A stretch of DNA of 64,000 bases from Longimicrobiales bacterium (GTDB taxonomy: Bacteria > Gemmatimonadota > Gemmatimonadetes > Longimicrobiales > Gaopeijiaceae), in assembly GCA_965248195.1 (NCBI GenBank), contig CBDFIQ010000002.1:1088001-1152000 (forward strand), in the 5' to 3' direction. Positions 29,217-40,623 of this stretch are shown here, piece after piece. Made by a program: the position numbers and the translations under genes. A model generated the notes under the pieces. That model did not search any database and was not told where the DNA came from. It was given only the letters and a program-made list of their open reading frames with translations. Within the stretch, counting starts at the first letter, position 1. Each line of letters begins with the position of its first letter.

Positions 29217-29960
29217 ATGCCGAAACGGTCCCCCCCCTACGCGGGCAGACTAAAGAAGGCGATGGATCGACTGGATGTGAGCACGCACGGGCTTCACCAG
29301 CGCGTGGCGGGCCTTACAGATGGAGCCCGTGGAAGCTCGTATTCCGCTTTCCGGCAGTACGTGTCGGGACAAATCCGGCGGCCCCGAGACGAGATCCTCA
29401 AGGTGGCCGCCGGATGTCTTCGGGTTAGGGCAGATTGGTTGATCCACGGGAATGAGCCGATGACGCTTGCTGAGGAGGCGCTCAAGGAAGAACAGCTCCG
29501 AGCACGGATCGCGGCGGAGGCTGCGAAGGGGCCAACGAGGGCGGCCTTAGCCCGAGCCCGGACAATCGAAAAGGTCGACGAGGTGATGGCACACAACCGG
29601 GAGCACGGAGGAACTTTCGCAAATGTTGCCAAGCTCGAAACCTGGGCGCGGCAGGGGATTCGACAGAACGTGGCGAACCTCCCGCTCCTGATCGAGATGG
29701 CGATCACAGAGTTCGTTTCCACCGTCTACACCACTGTTGGCCCCGTTGCGTTCAATGGGTCAGCGGAGGATCATTGGAGCGCGGAGGATGCACGAAGTGA
29801 TCTGAGGGTCTCGGAGAGTGACGTAACAGCTTACGCTTCTACCCTCACTCAGCCTCTCGCTAAGCTTGCGGAGACGGCACCGGCATGGGAGAAGGCAGCA
29901 GCCGTCCACTCCCTCTTAGCTTCCCTCTACATCTGTGAGGTTGGGGGTGCTCGCACATGA
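29217..29960 (+). CDS. Divergent repressor-like HTH protein
   Basis: RLKKAM...QYVSG..RP....L...A..L.V..DWL..G XRE pattern. Confidence 0.7.
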   Translation: MPKRSPPYAGRLKKAMDRLDVSTHGLHQRVAGLTDGARGSSYSAFRQYVSGQIRRPRDEILKVAAGCLRVRADWLIHGNEPMTLAEEALKEEQLRARIAAEAAKGPTRAALARARTIEKVDEVMAHNREHGGTFANVAKLETWARQGIRQNVANLPLLIEMAITEFVSTVYTTVGPVAFNGSAEDHWSAEDARSDLRVSESDVTAYASTLTQPLAKLAETAPAWEKAAAVHSLLASLYICEVGGART

Positions 29961-30021
29961 GCGAGCCCGCCGTTGTCCATGCGATACGTTCCATTATTGT
30001 ATGATGAAGGCTCGCTGACGA

Positions 30022-30666
30022 ATGACTGAAAGAGTGATGACCGACGTTGCGATCCAGCCGAGGGCAAAGCCGCTCGACAACAAGAGACACGAGAGATTTG
30101 CGTGTGAATACGTCGTTGACTTCAATGCCGCCCAGGCATACATCCGCGCCGGCTACTCTCCAAAGGGCGCTCGAACTTCGGCCTCTCACCTACTTGCAGA
30201 TCCCAACATTATCGCCAGGGTTCAGTACCTCGTAGACACGAGGGCAGAGAAGCTCAACTTCGAGGGCGAGCGGGTGATGATGGAAACCGCCCGGCTCGCG
30301 ATGTCCGACATCACCGATGTGCTGGAGGTCACCGACACCGATGGGGTGATCATCTTCCCCTCGGAGACATGGAGTGACCACGCGAAGAGAGCGGTGGAGT
30401 CGGTGAAGCAGACGGAGACGTTCAACAAGGACGGCGACCTCACCTCACGCCGCGTCGAGCTGAAGATGCACCCGAAGCAGGCGGCGCTCTCGCTGCTCAG
30501 TCACCAGATCGGCATCATCGGGAAGGGCGCAAAGAACAAGCCACTGCGCCCCGAGGAGTTGGGCGTGGTCATCCTACCAAGGCTCGACGATGAACCGGAC
30601 TGGGATGCCATCGAGGATGGCGACCCGCGCTACTCGCTGGCGCAGCCGCCGCAGGAAAGGGGCTAG
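30022..30666 (+). CDS. terS: Terminase small subunit
   Basis: FACEYVVDFNAAQAYIRAGYS...ASHLL, KMHPKQAALSLL. Confidence 0.85.
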   Translation: MTERVMTDVAIQPRAKPLDNKRHERFACEYVVDFNAAQAYIRAGYSPKGARTSASHLLADPNIIARVQYLVDTRAEKLNFEGERVMMETARLAMSDITDVLEVTDTDGVIIFPSETWSDHAKRAVESVKQTETFNKDGDLTSRRVELKMHPKQAALSLLSHQIGIIGKGAKNKPLRPEELGVVILPRLDDEPDWDAIEDGDPRYSLAQPPQERG

Positions 30667-30703
30667 AGACGGTTAGTACGGTGAGGTGCTGAGCAACCCG
30701 TCT

Positions 30704-31081
30704 CTAGCCGTGCCCTTCGAGTTGCGACCGAAGCTGCTTGATCCAACCCGGCGACTTCCCGGTTCTGCTCTCTTCCACGCCGTCCATGATTCGCTGCATG
30801 GCCCGGATCCTCTCAGCAGGAGGTAGATCCTGCACGAGGACTTCTAGGGCGGCAAGCGCGGAGTGAACATCAGGCGTAGATCCGCGTCGAACGTACCAAC
30901 GCTCGAGCTTCCTACGGGTCGCTGAGTAGGGACTCGCACCTGACAAGAACTTCCGAAGCCCGGTTGGGCTCATTCCCACCTCACGGGCTACCCCGCGAAG
31001 CGATGTCGCTGAGACGCCGCCAGCCACCGCCCGTTTCAGAGTGCCAACTGACACCCTCCCCTCACCGGCAGGCAATGGCAC
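30704..31081 (-). CDS. HTH-containing hypothetical protein
   Basis: SLRGVAREVGMSPTGLRKFL. Confidence 0.65.
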   Translation of the reverse strand: MPLPAGEGRVSVGTLKRAVAGGVSATSLRGVAREVGMSPTGLRKFLSGASPYSATRRKLERWYVRRGSTPDVHSALAALEVLVQDLPPAERIRAMQRIMDGVEESRTGKSPGWIKQLRSQLEGHG

Positions 31082-31099
31082 ACCTGCGGAAGTCCTTGT

Positions 31100-31393
31100 T
31101 CACTGCATTGTAATAGCCAACCCATACATCACCGCTCTTTCCATAACCTCGATCAGTGAGGACAGAAACTGTATTCTCTTCTCCTCGTTGCCCTTCCAAT
31201 CAGAAAACTCTCCCCTGGAATGCGCGAACTTCTTCATATGTAAGTGAGACACGCCAAATGTACCCAAGACCCTGTTCCATCCCCGCTCGAACTCGTACCA
31301 GCCCTCTTGGGTTGAAACGATCGCGGCAACAACAAGCGGATCTGGCTCGACCGTCTCTTGGGAAGAAGCGTCATAAAACAAATTGAAGACCAT
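31100..31393 (-). pseudogene. DUF3800-like protein, probably truncated
   Basis: LFYDAS...VVAA...W..F...W...L..FGV..LHM. Confidence 0.5.
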
Positions 31394-31419
31394 GAAGTAC
31401 CTGTCCTCTATAGGAATGC

Positions 31420-31584
31420 CGGCGCACACTCCGTGCAGTTGGAAGTACCTCTTCGAGATATCGATGCCGATGATGCTGACCACCTTGCCCATGGATCCCC
31501 CCCTCTCGTGTCCCGAACGCACCCCGTGTGCGTTCTCCTCACCCAGCGCACGTTGGTGCCCGGTGTAGGGGGCGTCCACTCCAT
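31420..31584 (-). mobile_element. IS110/IS1111 left end + transposase N-terminal stub (duplicated at 31846-32010)
   Basis: atggagtggacgcccc end motif; MGKVVSIIGIDISKRYFQLHG. Confidence 0.7.
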
Positions 31585-32335
31585 CGTGGAATCAGCAACC
31601 ATTTGCTAGAATGCCCTTTAGTTGGGCGTGGTCATCCTACCAAGGCTCGACGATGAACCGGACTGGGATGCCATCGAGGATGGCGACCCGCGCTACTCGC
31701 TGGCGCAGCCGCCGCAGGAAAGGGGCTAGAGACGGTTAGTACGGTGAGGTGCTGAGCACAAGCGGATCTGGCTCGACCGTCTCTTGGGAAGAAGCGTCAT
31801 AAAACAAATTGAAGACCATGAAGTACCTGTCCTCTATAGGAATGCCGGCGCACACTCCGTGCAGTTGGAAGTACCTCTTCGAGATATCGATGCCGATGAT
31901 GCTGACCACCTTGCCCATGGATCCCCCCCTCTCGTGTCCCGAACGCACCCCGTGTGCGTTCTCCTCACCCAGCGCACGTTGGTGCCCGGTGTAGGGGGCG
32001 TCCACTCCATCGTGGAATCAGCAACCATTTGCTAGAATGCCCTTTAGTTGCTTCGTCGCGTAGTGAGGCGGGGTAGCGCATCCTCCGGCTAGTTCGCGAT
32101 CTAGTCCTGATACATGCCATCCCGGGCAGCTGGAGGTCCGCCACGTCAAGGAGCGCCTGCGGGAAGGCAGTGAGAAGCGACGGAGCATACCAGTGCCACC
32201 TGTGGTCGAAGACACTGCTCAGGCTGACTACCGCTGTTTCACGGCCGGTTGTGTCTCCGCGTCTTTATGCTCCCGATCTGGTGTTCCAAGTGTCCTAGTC
32301 CCCGCACGTGACCCGGACGATCTCGGCGAGCCGCC

Positions 32336-34657
32336 CTTACCCGCGAGATCGCTCTCGCTCGCACACGCTTCGAGCTGCCCGACTCCGTGCCCGTCATCTC
32401 CTGCTTCGAGGCGGGCCGAGACGGCTTCTGTATCCATCGCTTTCTTCAGACGCAGCCCCACTGGTTCAACCTCGTCGTCGACTCCGCCTCGATCGAGGTC
32501 AACCGACGCCTCCGACGCCTCAAGACCGACCGCACCGATGCCCACAAGCTCCTCACGATGCTTATTCGCTACCACAACGGTGAGTCCCGTGTCTGGTCCG
32601 TCGTCCACGTGCCCACGCCCACGCCCGAGGCCGAAGACGCCCGCCACCTTCACCGCGAGGTAGTGTCCCTAGATTTGTGTAAAAGCGGATAAGCTGGACA
32701 GGAGGGAAAGAAAAACGGAAGCTCCTCTGTTGTTGTTCACTGTCACATGAACCCGGGAGTCCGGGTCTGCAGAGCAGGCTCGGAACCGGAGAGGAGCTTC
32801 CGATGCAAGAGATTGTGGAGATCGGTCGGGCCACGCAAGACGAGCTACGCGATGATTTGCGCGAGCTGTTTCAAGGCGCGATCCGGCTGACGCTCGAGAT
32901 GGTGCTGGAAGAGGAGCTGAAGGCCATGGTAGGTGCACGCCGCTTCGAGCGGGTGGGAAGCCGGAAGGACCATAGGAACGGCACATACCTGAGGCGGCTG
33001 CTGACGAGCCTGGGGCAGATCGAGGTCGCCATGCCCCGGAGCCGGGACAACGGTTCGCCGGCCGACGTGATCGGCCGCTACCAGCGCAGGAGCCCCGAGC
33101 TCGACGAGATGATGGTCGAGGCGTATGTGAGCGGCGTGTCACAGCGCAAGATGGGCGACGTCACCGAGGCGCTGATGGGCGAGCGTGTTGGGCGCTCGAC
33201 GGTGAGTCGTGTGGCAAAACGGCTCGACGAGGCCGTGGAAGGGCTGCGCCGTGCGCCGATCGAGGGGCCTCACCCCTATCTGTACCTGGACGCCACGTTC
33301 TTGGACGCCCGCTGGGCCCGCAAAGTCGAGAACGTGAGTGCGCTCGTGGCGTATGCAGTGGGCCCTGAGGGTCACCGACGGCTCCTGGCCGTCACGCTGG
33401 GCGCTGAGGAGTCGCAGCAGAGCTGGTCGGAGCTCCTCGAGCAACTCCAGGACCGCGGCCTCGGCGGTGTCGAGCTCGTGATCGCCGATGAGCACGCAGG
33501 CCTGGCAGCTGCGGTCCGCCGCTTCCTGCCCGAGGCACGCCGTCAGAGGTGTACGGTCCATCTGCAGCGTAATGTGGGGGCGAGGGTCCCCCACCGCCTA
33601 CGCAAGCGCGTGGCGCGTGAGGTCTCGGTGATCTTCCAGACATCCGGACTCGCCGAGGCGAAGAAGCTCCTGGGCGAGTTCGGCGCACGCTGGAAGAAGG
33701 AGCTGCCCGAGGCCGTGGAGGTCCTGGAGCGGGGCTTCGGGGCAGCGACGCAGTTCTACGCGTTCCCCGAGGCGCACTGGCCCCGGCTGCGTACCACCAA
33801 CAGCCTCGAGCGGCTGCACGGCGAGATCAAACGCAGGATCAAGGCCGCCGGCGCCTTCCCGGACCGGGCCAGCGCCCTCAGGCTCATCACGGCCGTCGCA
33901 CTCAGGACCACACACGTCTGGGGCGACCGGCGTTACCTCGACCTCTCACTCCTCCAGAAACAGGAGGTCGCCCAAGCAGCCTAGCCGAAGGCGAGGAGCT
34001 TCCTCCGCTTTTACACACAAATCGGGACTTGACCTCCTCGCTGCCCAGGGCCTCTCCCTCTCTTCCCTCAATCGTGGCTTCCTCGACCAACTCGACGACC
34101 TGCGCCTCTTCGACGACTCTCCGCTTCTTCCCCAACTCCGCCAGCGTCTCGAACGTGAGTGGCTCCACCGTTGCGATGTCTCCCACAGAATCCGCTTCAT
34201 CGAGAAGCTCCAGTGCCAACGCCTCGAGGCCTCTACGCATGATCCCGCACTCGAGCTCGTACGCCAGCTCATGAGCCTCAAGGGTATCGGACTCCAGTCC
34301 GCCTGGCTCTTCACCTTCGAGTTCTTCTCCTGGCGCAACATCCAGAACCGTCGTGAGATCGCCGGCCTCGCCGGCTTCACGCCCACCCCCTATCAGAGCG
34401 GAGATGACTCCTTCGACCAGGGCATCTCCAAGGCCGGTAGCTCCACCGTCCGCGCCATGGCCATCCAGATTGCTTGGGGGTGGCTCCTCTTTCAACCCGA
34501 CTCCGCACTCACCCTCTGGTACCAGCGTCGCTTCGCTTCGCGCGGGCTCCGCATGAGGAAAATCGGTATCGTCGCCCTCGCTCGCCGTCTGCTCATCGAA
34601 CTCTGGAGATTTTCCGAAACCGGCTCACTCCCCGAAGGCGCCATCACTTCTCCTTGA
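32336..34657 (+). pseudogene. IS110-family transposase, 5'-truncated and split by IS256 copy 2
   Basis: CFEAGRDGF, KTDRTDA before the IS; LKGIG, GFTPTPYQSG, VALARRL after it. Confidence 0.88.
32659..34034 (+). mobile_element. IS256-family element, copy 2 (transposase 32803-33984), no TSD
   Basis: Same ends and transposase as copy 1; flanks tcaccgcga/tcctcgctg. Confidence 0.95.
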
Positions 34658-34943
34658 GAAGCCATCGCTCCTTCGAGGTCCGTTCGACATCGCGCTGGGT
34701 GGGGCGGCCCGTGATTGCTGCGGGTCTCGCCTTTCAGGCCAACCGTCTCGACAGATGGGGTACGGCTCTGACGCAGTGATCGAGGAGTAGCCTTGGGACG
34801 ATCCACTACATCACCCCCCAGGCCCCCACGGGACTCCCCCCCCTTGGAACCGAGGGCAAAAGCGCCCCGAGGGCACGCGTCGACAGCGAGCCCAGAAGAC
34901 CCCGCCCTACCCCCACCTGCCCATTCCGCGGTGTGGGCTACCG

Positions 34944-37141
34944 CTAACCACTCTCTGGCAGCTGTACTTTATGTGCGACCGGCAAGAATCGGGTCATGTG
35001 CCTTGTATAATCTGCATAATACTGGTTCCAGTCAGCCTCTTCGTAGTCTTCGGGGTCAGCTTCGATGTTTCGCTCGAGGGTCCTGGCACACACTGCATCT
35101 GCAACGATCTCGGCCAGCAATACTCGAAAGTGTCTTGACTCTTGTCCAGGGAAGTCCGGCGGCGCTCCGAGATACCGCGCGAGGGACGGATGCCTGGCGG
35201 CAACCTCGAGTACGTTCTGTTTCCACTTCGACCTTTGATTCCCGTGGCTGACGTCCCCGACCTTGATCTTCAATCCCGCGCCAGGCGCCGGACCTGACCT
35301 GATCTCCGCTGTCGCGCCAAGGCTGTCCACCTGCACTTCGATCTCCCCCTGCGCTTCCTGTGAATCTGACTTAACCGTGAACTCGCCGATCGAGACACCA
35401 AGTTCGGGGTGAGGCTTGATCGTCTTTGCACCCACCACGCGGAAGTGTGGGCTGGACAGTGCTACGTCCATCTCCGTTGCGACGGGGACGCGATCCAGCG
35501 GTGCCAGCACTCTGATCTTCTTTCGGGCTCCGTTTGTGTAGATTTTGTACCGTTTTCTCGCGAAGCACAGCGTGGTGACATCCTTGTACTTGTCCGCCTC
35601 GGTGGCAAAAACCTCGATCGCACTTACGGCCTTGATGGATCCGACCGCCACCCGCAAGCCGGTCGCCGGAGTGGCCTTGACGGCTTTCACTTTCCACGAG
35701 GCGCGTAGCGTTGCGTCCCGAGTTGGGTGAGGCTCGAGAGCGACGAATCGACGACCAGTCTGAATCTCAGGTGTTACGCACGCGATCTCGATATTTGCCC
35801 CGACTTCGAACTCTGGGAAGACCTCCTGGTTGATCGTGAGCCCAAACTGCCGCGTATGGCCCACGACCATCTGCGCGAACGGGGGGCTCAACATGTACCC
35901 GTGATTCCGGAAGTGGCTGCCTAGCTGCTTGTGGTCAGGATCTCTCGAGTCCTCGTCCTCTTCACCGGAATCCTTCATGAATTTCGCGGCGGCCTTCTCG
36001 AGGGCGTCGAGTCGCTTTCGCGTGGCGCGACTCTCTATTTCCGCCTGTTGATGCTCGTCCCTCCGGCGCTCCGCGTCCACAAGAGGTCGCAGCCGCTTCA
36101 GGACTCCGCGTAGAGAGCCGACACGAACGGGTGGCTCCTCGTTAGCCCGGTCTGTCGAGAAGGATCGAGGATCGGTACCGGATTCGAGCTCTCCGGAGGA
36201 AGGTCCTTTTCGAACCGATCGTCGAGATCGTTCCAAAGATCGTCGATATGCGGACAGGTCAGCTTCCCATAGAACCAAGCGGCGTGGTTGTCCCGCTCTA
36301 GTTCAGCGTCAAAGTACGTGGCTTCGTGAATCGTATGCCGAGACTTGACCAGAATCCCGCCGCGCCGGAATCGATTCGGCTCACGCTCAAACGCGCTTCC
36401 GGCTCTTTTGATAATCAGCTTAGCGGTCACGCCAGGATACCCTGGGATTTCAATCGTCGCCTTGAGCCGATCTTTCCCGTCGGGCTGGGGCGCCTTGAGT
36501 ACCACGGTCTTCTTCTGGCTCGAATCTCGGAGGATGATCTTCCTCTTGGGATCACTGAGAATGTCGCGCAACGATACCAACCGCTGGATTTTGTCTTTGA
36601 GGTTGTCGAACCGCGGAATCGGGTTGTCCCCTACCCGCACTGTAACTAGCATGCCCGATTTTTTTAGGAGCCCGGTTCTTTTTCTGATCGCTGGCGACGC
36701 CTCCTCCGTCCCCAAGGCCCTGAATCGGAAGGCCGAGGAGATCTCAGAACAATGAAATTTGCCGTCAGACGCAGCGATTGATTCGAAGGTGACATTGCCG
36801 AGCGCGGCAATGTCCTTAGCGCCTCTGCTGTTGGTACCCCGCACCGCAAAGCCCTCCTCGAGACCGCTGAACCGTCCACCCGTCCATGTGAGCTTTTCGT
36901 CCATCGCGTCGAGCGTCATTCCGTCGGCGTGATCGCGGACCCGAAGTGCGCGCCCGTCGGTCCCTCCGCCTCTCTCGATCTCGATCTCGATCGTGCCTGA
37001 AATTCCCAACTGCTGATACCGGTCGTCGCAGTTCGTGATCAACTCCACCAACGCATCGAAAATGTCTCGAATCGCCAGCTTAGCTTGTTGCATGACCGAC
37101 CGGCGACCACCCGTTATGTCCTTTGCTTCCATCGTCTCCAT
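34944..37141 (-). CDS. GHKL (HATPase_c_3/MORC-like) ATPase of about 730 aa; single-base frameshift near 36103
   Basis: ALVELITNCDD, VRDHADGM, RGTNSRGAKD Bergerat motifs; LYAE joins VLKRLRP if one G is added. Confidence 0.75.
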
Positions 37142-37159
37142 CGTCTTCGTCCTCTCTTC

Positions 37160-37787
37160 TTAGCGGTGTACGTCGTACGCGTCGCGGCATTTCTGCACGA
37201 AATCGACCATATCCTGCTGACCGGCTGATATGGCTTTGACCTCCAATGCTTTCGAACCGCCCGTTCCAGACCCCAGGGGCCGCATCGACTCTGCACCGGG
37301 CGAGATCGGCCAGGTCGCCGATGGCGGGCGCGAACCCAACGGGGTCCTCGAGATAGTCTAGGAAGACATGATGCTTTCGGACCTTGGCGAGCTGCTTGAG
37401 GACTCGCTGGCGGTGAGCTTTTAGCTCCGACCCTCCCCCGAGCGAGTCAATAACGGAGCCCCTCGCCCTGACCCACTCCACCCCTTCCGGAGTGAGCATC
37501 CAGCCATCGAGGGTTGGGGTTCTCTTAGTCTTTGCAGAATGTCCATGCCTCTGCCCGGTTCGCCCTTCTACGAGTCTCCCATGCTGCTGCTTCCGGGCGT
37601 CCGTCAAGGCGACTCGGACGATGTCCTTGTCGGGGTACTCAGGGTATTTCGTCCAGGAAAAGGACCCTGGAAAAAGCTCATAGCATTTCAACGCAAGATC
37701 CTCGGTGTGGATTCGTTTGGAGTCTCCGCCCAACACCGACAGTGCGTAGACTACCAACTCCCGATTGGGGACGGAGCCAGTCTTCAC
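37160..37787 (-). CDS. Winged-helix-like hypothetical protein; +1 frameshift near 37245
   Basis: VYAL..LGG..K.IHTEDLALKC..LFP..FSW.KYPEYPD; WMLTPEG; alternative frame ends ...DAYDVHR* just before the GHKL RBS. Confidence 0.65.
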
Positions 37788-38884
37788 TTGTCATTCCTCG
37801 TCTGAATGGATTTCCCCGACAGGTAATCAGTCCCATCCTCGGTCAGCACATACTCCACGTGAACACCCTCCCTCAAGCGCACGAGTAGTCCGAGATCGAC
37901 CATCCGAGCAACCGCGCCGGAGCGTTGCGTGGAGACAAACGCGGCTGACACGGGGGCGTCGGAAACGAGGCGCACGAAGTCCTCGTCCATTTCGTTCGGG
38001 GTGGTCACGCCCGAATCGACGGCGGTGAGCACCGACCTGAACGCGGAGTCTTCACGCGGAACCGAGTCCTGGATGTGAGAGAGCAGAATATGACGTTCCT
38101 CGTCAGTGAACTTTTGAGTCGGCCCTTCTTGAGTCCCATCCAACACCGGGTTCCCGGCCATCGCAAACCACCATCCAGGATCGGTCAACGCGACGCGATC
38201 GCGAGCCGATGACGTGTAGTTCAGGAGGCTCAAGTCTGCCAGGAAGCCCGTTAGATTATTCTCCTTGGTAGTTCCCGCGATGAACTGATTACCGAAACGG
38301 AGCCTACTCTTTTCTGCCTTCTTCCCGGCGCTAGGGAATGCGGTGGAGAGCGCGTTGTCCCTGTGCAATTCGAGACTCCTCTCAAACCTCCTCAACGATT
38401 TTCCCAACTGACTGGCGGCACTGACGATGGCTGTAGACGCCTCATCGACAGTCACACCCTCCGGTTTCTCGAGCAGCATGTTGGCGAGTCCGCGACAGCT
38501 GGCTTTCACTGGTAAGACTCTGTTGTACTGGCCGAAGAACCACCGCTCGAGGGGCACCGGGTCACCGGAAGACCACGGAGTGGGAGGCAAGGGAGCCGCG
38601 TAAAGTTGACGCTCAACCGTGGGGGGTTTGGCGAAGAGTTGTGAAACCTCTATGGATGCCGATTCGTAAGGGCCGTCGCCTTCCGTAACCATCATCGCAG
38701 ACGGACCATCCTCGAGAGTGGAGTCGAGCAGGAGTGCACCCTGCGACCTCACGTTTCGCTCCAACACAGCAAGATTCGCTATGGCAACTGTAATAACCTC
38801 GCCATAATCACTGTATTGGCCGCTCTCAATCAATGCGTCGAGCGTTTTCTTGGTCTGCTGGGACAGATCAACACATAATATCAT
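37784..38884 (-). CDS. Hypothetical protein with RHH-like N-terminus and winged-helix-like C-terminus
   Basis: LSQQTKKTLDALIESGQYSDYGEVI; RMVDLGLLVR....VEYVLTEDG; ATGA overlap with the next gene. Confidence 0.7.
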   Translation of the reverse strand: MILCVDLSQQTKKTLDALIESGQYSDYGEVITVAIANLAVLERNVRSQGALLLDSTLEDGPSAMMVTEGDGPYESASIEVSQLFAKPPTVERQLYAAPLPPTPWSSGDPVPLERWFFGQYNRVLPVKASCRGLANMLLEKPEGVTVDEASTAIVSAASQLGKSLRRFERSLELHRDNALSTAFPSAGKKAEKSRLRFGNQFIAGTTKENNLTGFLADLSLLNYTSSARDRVALTDPGWWFAMAGNPVLDGTQEGPTQKFTDEERHILLSHIQDSVPREDSAFRSVLTAVDSGVTTPNEMDEDFVRLVSDAPVSAAFVSTQRSGAVARMVDLGLLVRLREGVHVEYVLTEDGTDYLSGKSIQTRNDK

Positions 38885-38895
38885 AATAATACCTA

Positions 38896-38942
38896 TTTAT
38901 AATTATAAAATATACACTATAATATAGATCCCCGTTTGTCAA
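38896..38942 (-). promoter_or_regulatory. Sigma70-like promoter and palindromic operator of the three-gene operon
   Basis: TTGACA at 38942-38937; TATAGT/TAGTGT 15-17 bp downstream; perfect palindrome TTTATAATTATAAA at 38896-38909. Confidence 0.6.
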
Positions 38943-38999
38943 ACCGACATAGACTCAATCCATGCCGTCAGCGCCGGGACAGAAAACGAGGGGGGCGTC

Positions 39000-39737
39000 T
39001 TGAGGGAGCCGGGAAACGTGATCCTGGTCTGCATAGAGGACTCGCCAGAGGCAACGGTCCGCCCTCGCTTGGAAGCGATGGGGGCTGATCTCTCCCTGAT
39101 CCATATCCTCGACGGGTTCCGCCCACTCGACGGCGGGGAGCCGGAGCTATTGGATCTATCGAAGGTCGATCACCGCCAGGAATTTCGGCGGCTCGTAGAG
39201 GACGTCGAAGCCGTGCTGGTCGTGGTAGATCCCGTGATGGCTCACCTTGGGGGGTCGAACACGTGGAAGGACAGCGAAGTGCGATCCGTCCTCGCGCCGC
39301 TTGCTCGCATGGCCGACGAGACCGGGGTAGCCGTTCTGCTCGTCCGCCACCTCCGGAAGGACGATTCCGCCAGTGCGATCTACCGTGCCGGCGGCTCGAT
39401 CGCGTGGCACGCGCTCCAGAGACAGGGCCGATCCGTCGAGATCGTCGCCGTCGTCCGGACCCGGAAGGAAATGGACCGAGCCGGGACGATCCTCGGGAAC
39501 TGGGCCGAGGCGCCCGCCGCCTCCGGCGCCGTCGATCCGGCCCGCTGCGAGATCGACCGGATCGAGCAGGCGATCCGCGGCATGGACGACGCGGTGATCG
39601 AGAAGCATGGCGGCCTCCAAGGCTGCCTCGAGCGGATCGTCGAGCTGAAGGACCTGCTCCGGTCCGTGCGGCCCGGAACGGCGATCGACGGGTTCACGAC
39701 ATGGCGCTCGAGCCGGCTTCCGGGGGGCGGATCTTGA
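39000..39737 (+). pseudogene. In-frame chimera: AAA_25 fragment fused near 39404 to an unrelated C-terminus
   Basis: IEDS..TVRPRL...VVDPV...VRHLRK...GGSIA then an abrupt switch; Walker A missing. Confidence 0.65.
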
Positions 39738-40623
39738 CCGCCGATCGGCGGGGGTCGGTGGCGTGCCGCGCGTGCACATCGACATCGGCGTGCATGTGCA
39801 CGAAAACGCCGCTTCCATGTGCGCGCCTGCGCTTGCGCATGTCGCTGGCCGCGTTGCGGTTGCACCACGGCCGCAGGACCGGCGATGCCGTTCCGGAGCT
39901 TGCGGCCGTGACCGGAGCGACCCCCCTCTTTCGATGCCTGGTACGGCATCGGGGAGGGTTGGATGTGCACGCCCATCCACCCTCCGTCGGGAGGTCGTGC
40001 TCCGGTCCAGCAATCCCGTGCGGGAAGGCCATCGGTCACTTGGGACGGGCGCGTCCCGGACTTGGCGGCTTGGGCTGTGGCCCGAGCCATCGGGGTACCC
40101 CGGCTTTGCTCGGTGATGCCCGGTTGCCAGACGGCCGGCCGGTCGGCGAACGGGTGACCCGCCGCCTCGAAGCGGCGCTCAAACCGCCTTCCCGCGTAAG
40201 GATTGATGGATCGGGAGCGACCCCAAGGGACGGGGGCAGGGGTGTGAAAACACACCTGCATCCGAACCCGTACCAGGCCCTCGGACTGGGGGGTCGCTCC
40301 CGTCCCGGTCAGTGCTGCCCGTGCGGTGCTGACCGACCCGGCCGCGAAGGCGCAAGACGTGGCCGTGTCGTGGCTTACTCCGTAGCACGCGTGCGCATCG
40401 CCGGAGGGCCAAAGTGCGCATCGGCCCCCCGCGTCGTTTGCGCACTCCAGTGCGGCCGTAAGTCGCGCGCCGGTCATCGGTAGCGCGCCCCCGCGAGACG
40501 CACCGTCCGCCAGGTGCTGGCCCGCCGGATGGACCCGGGTCCGGGCTGGCGGCGCACCTGCTTCTCGAGCACGACGCTACGCTTCATGGCGGCCTGCAGG
40601 CCTCCCCCCTATACTATTGGGGG

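Larger units (their letters stand above)
30557..32050. repeat. A-X-B-A-B duplication: A=30557-30695/31620-31758 (139 bp), B=31332-31624/31758-32050 (293 bp)
   Basis: Identical sequence blocks read directly. Confidence 0.92.
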
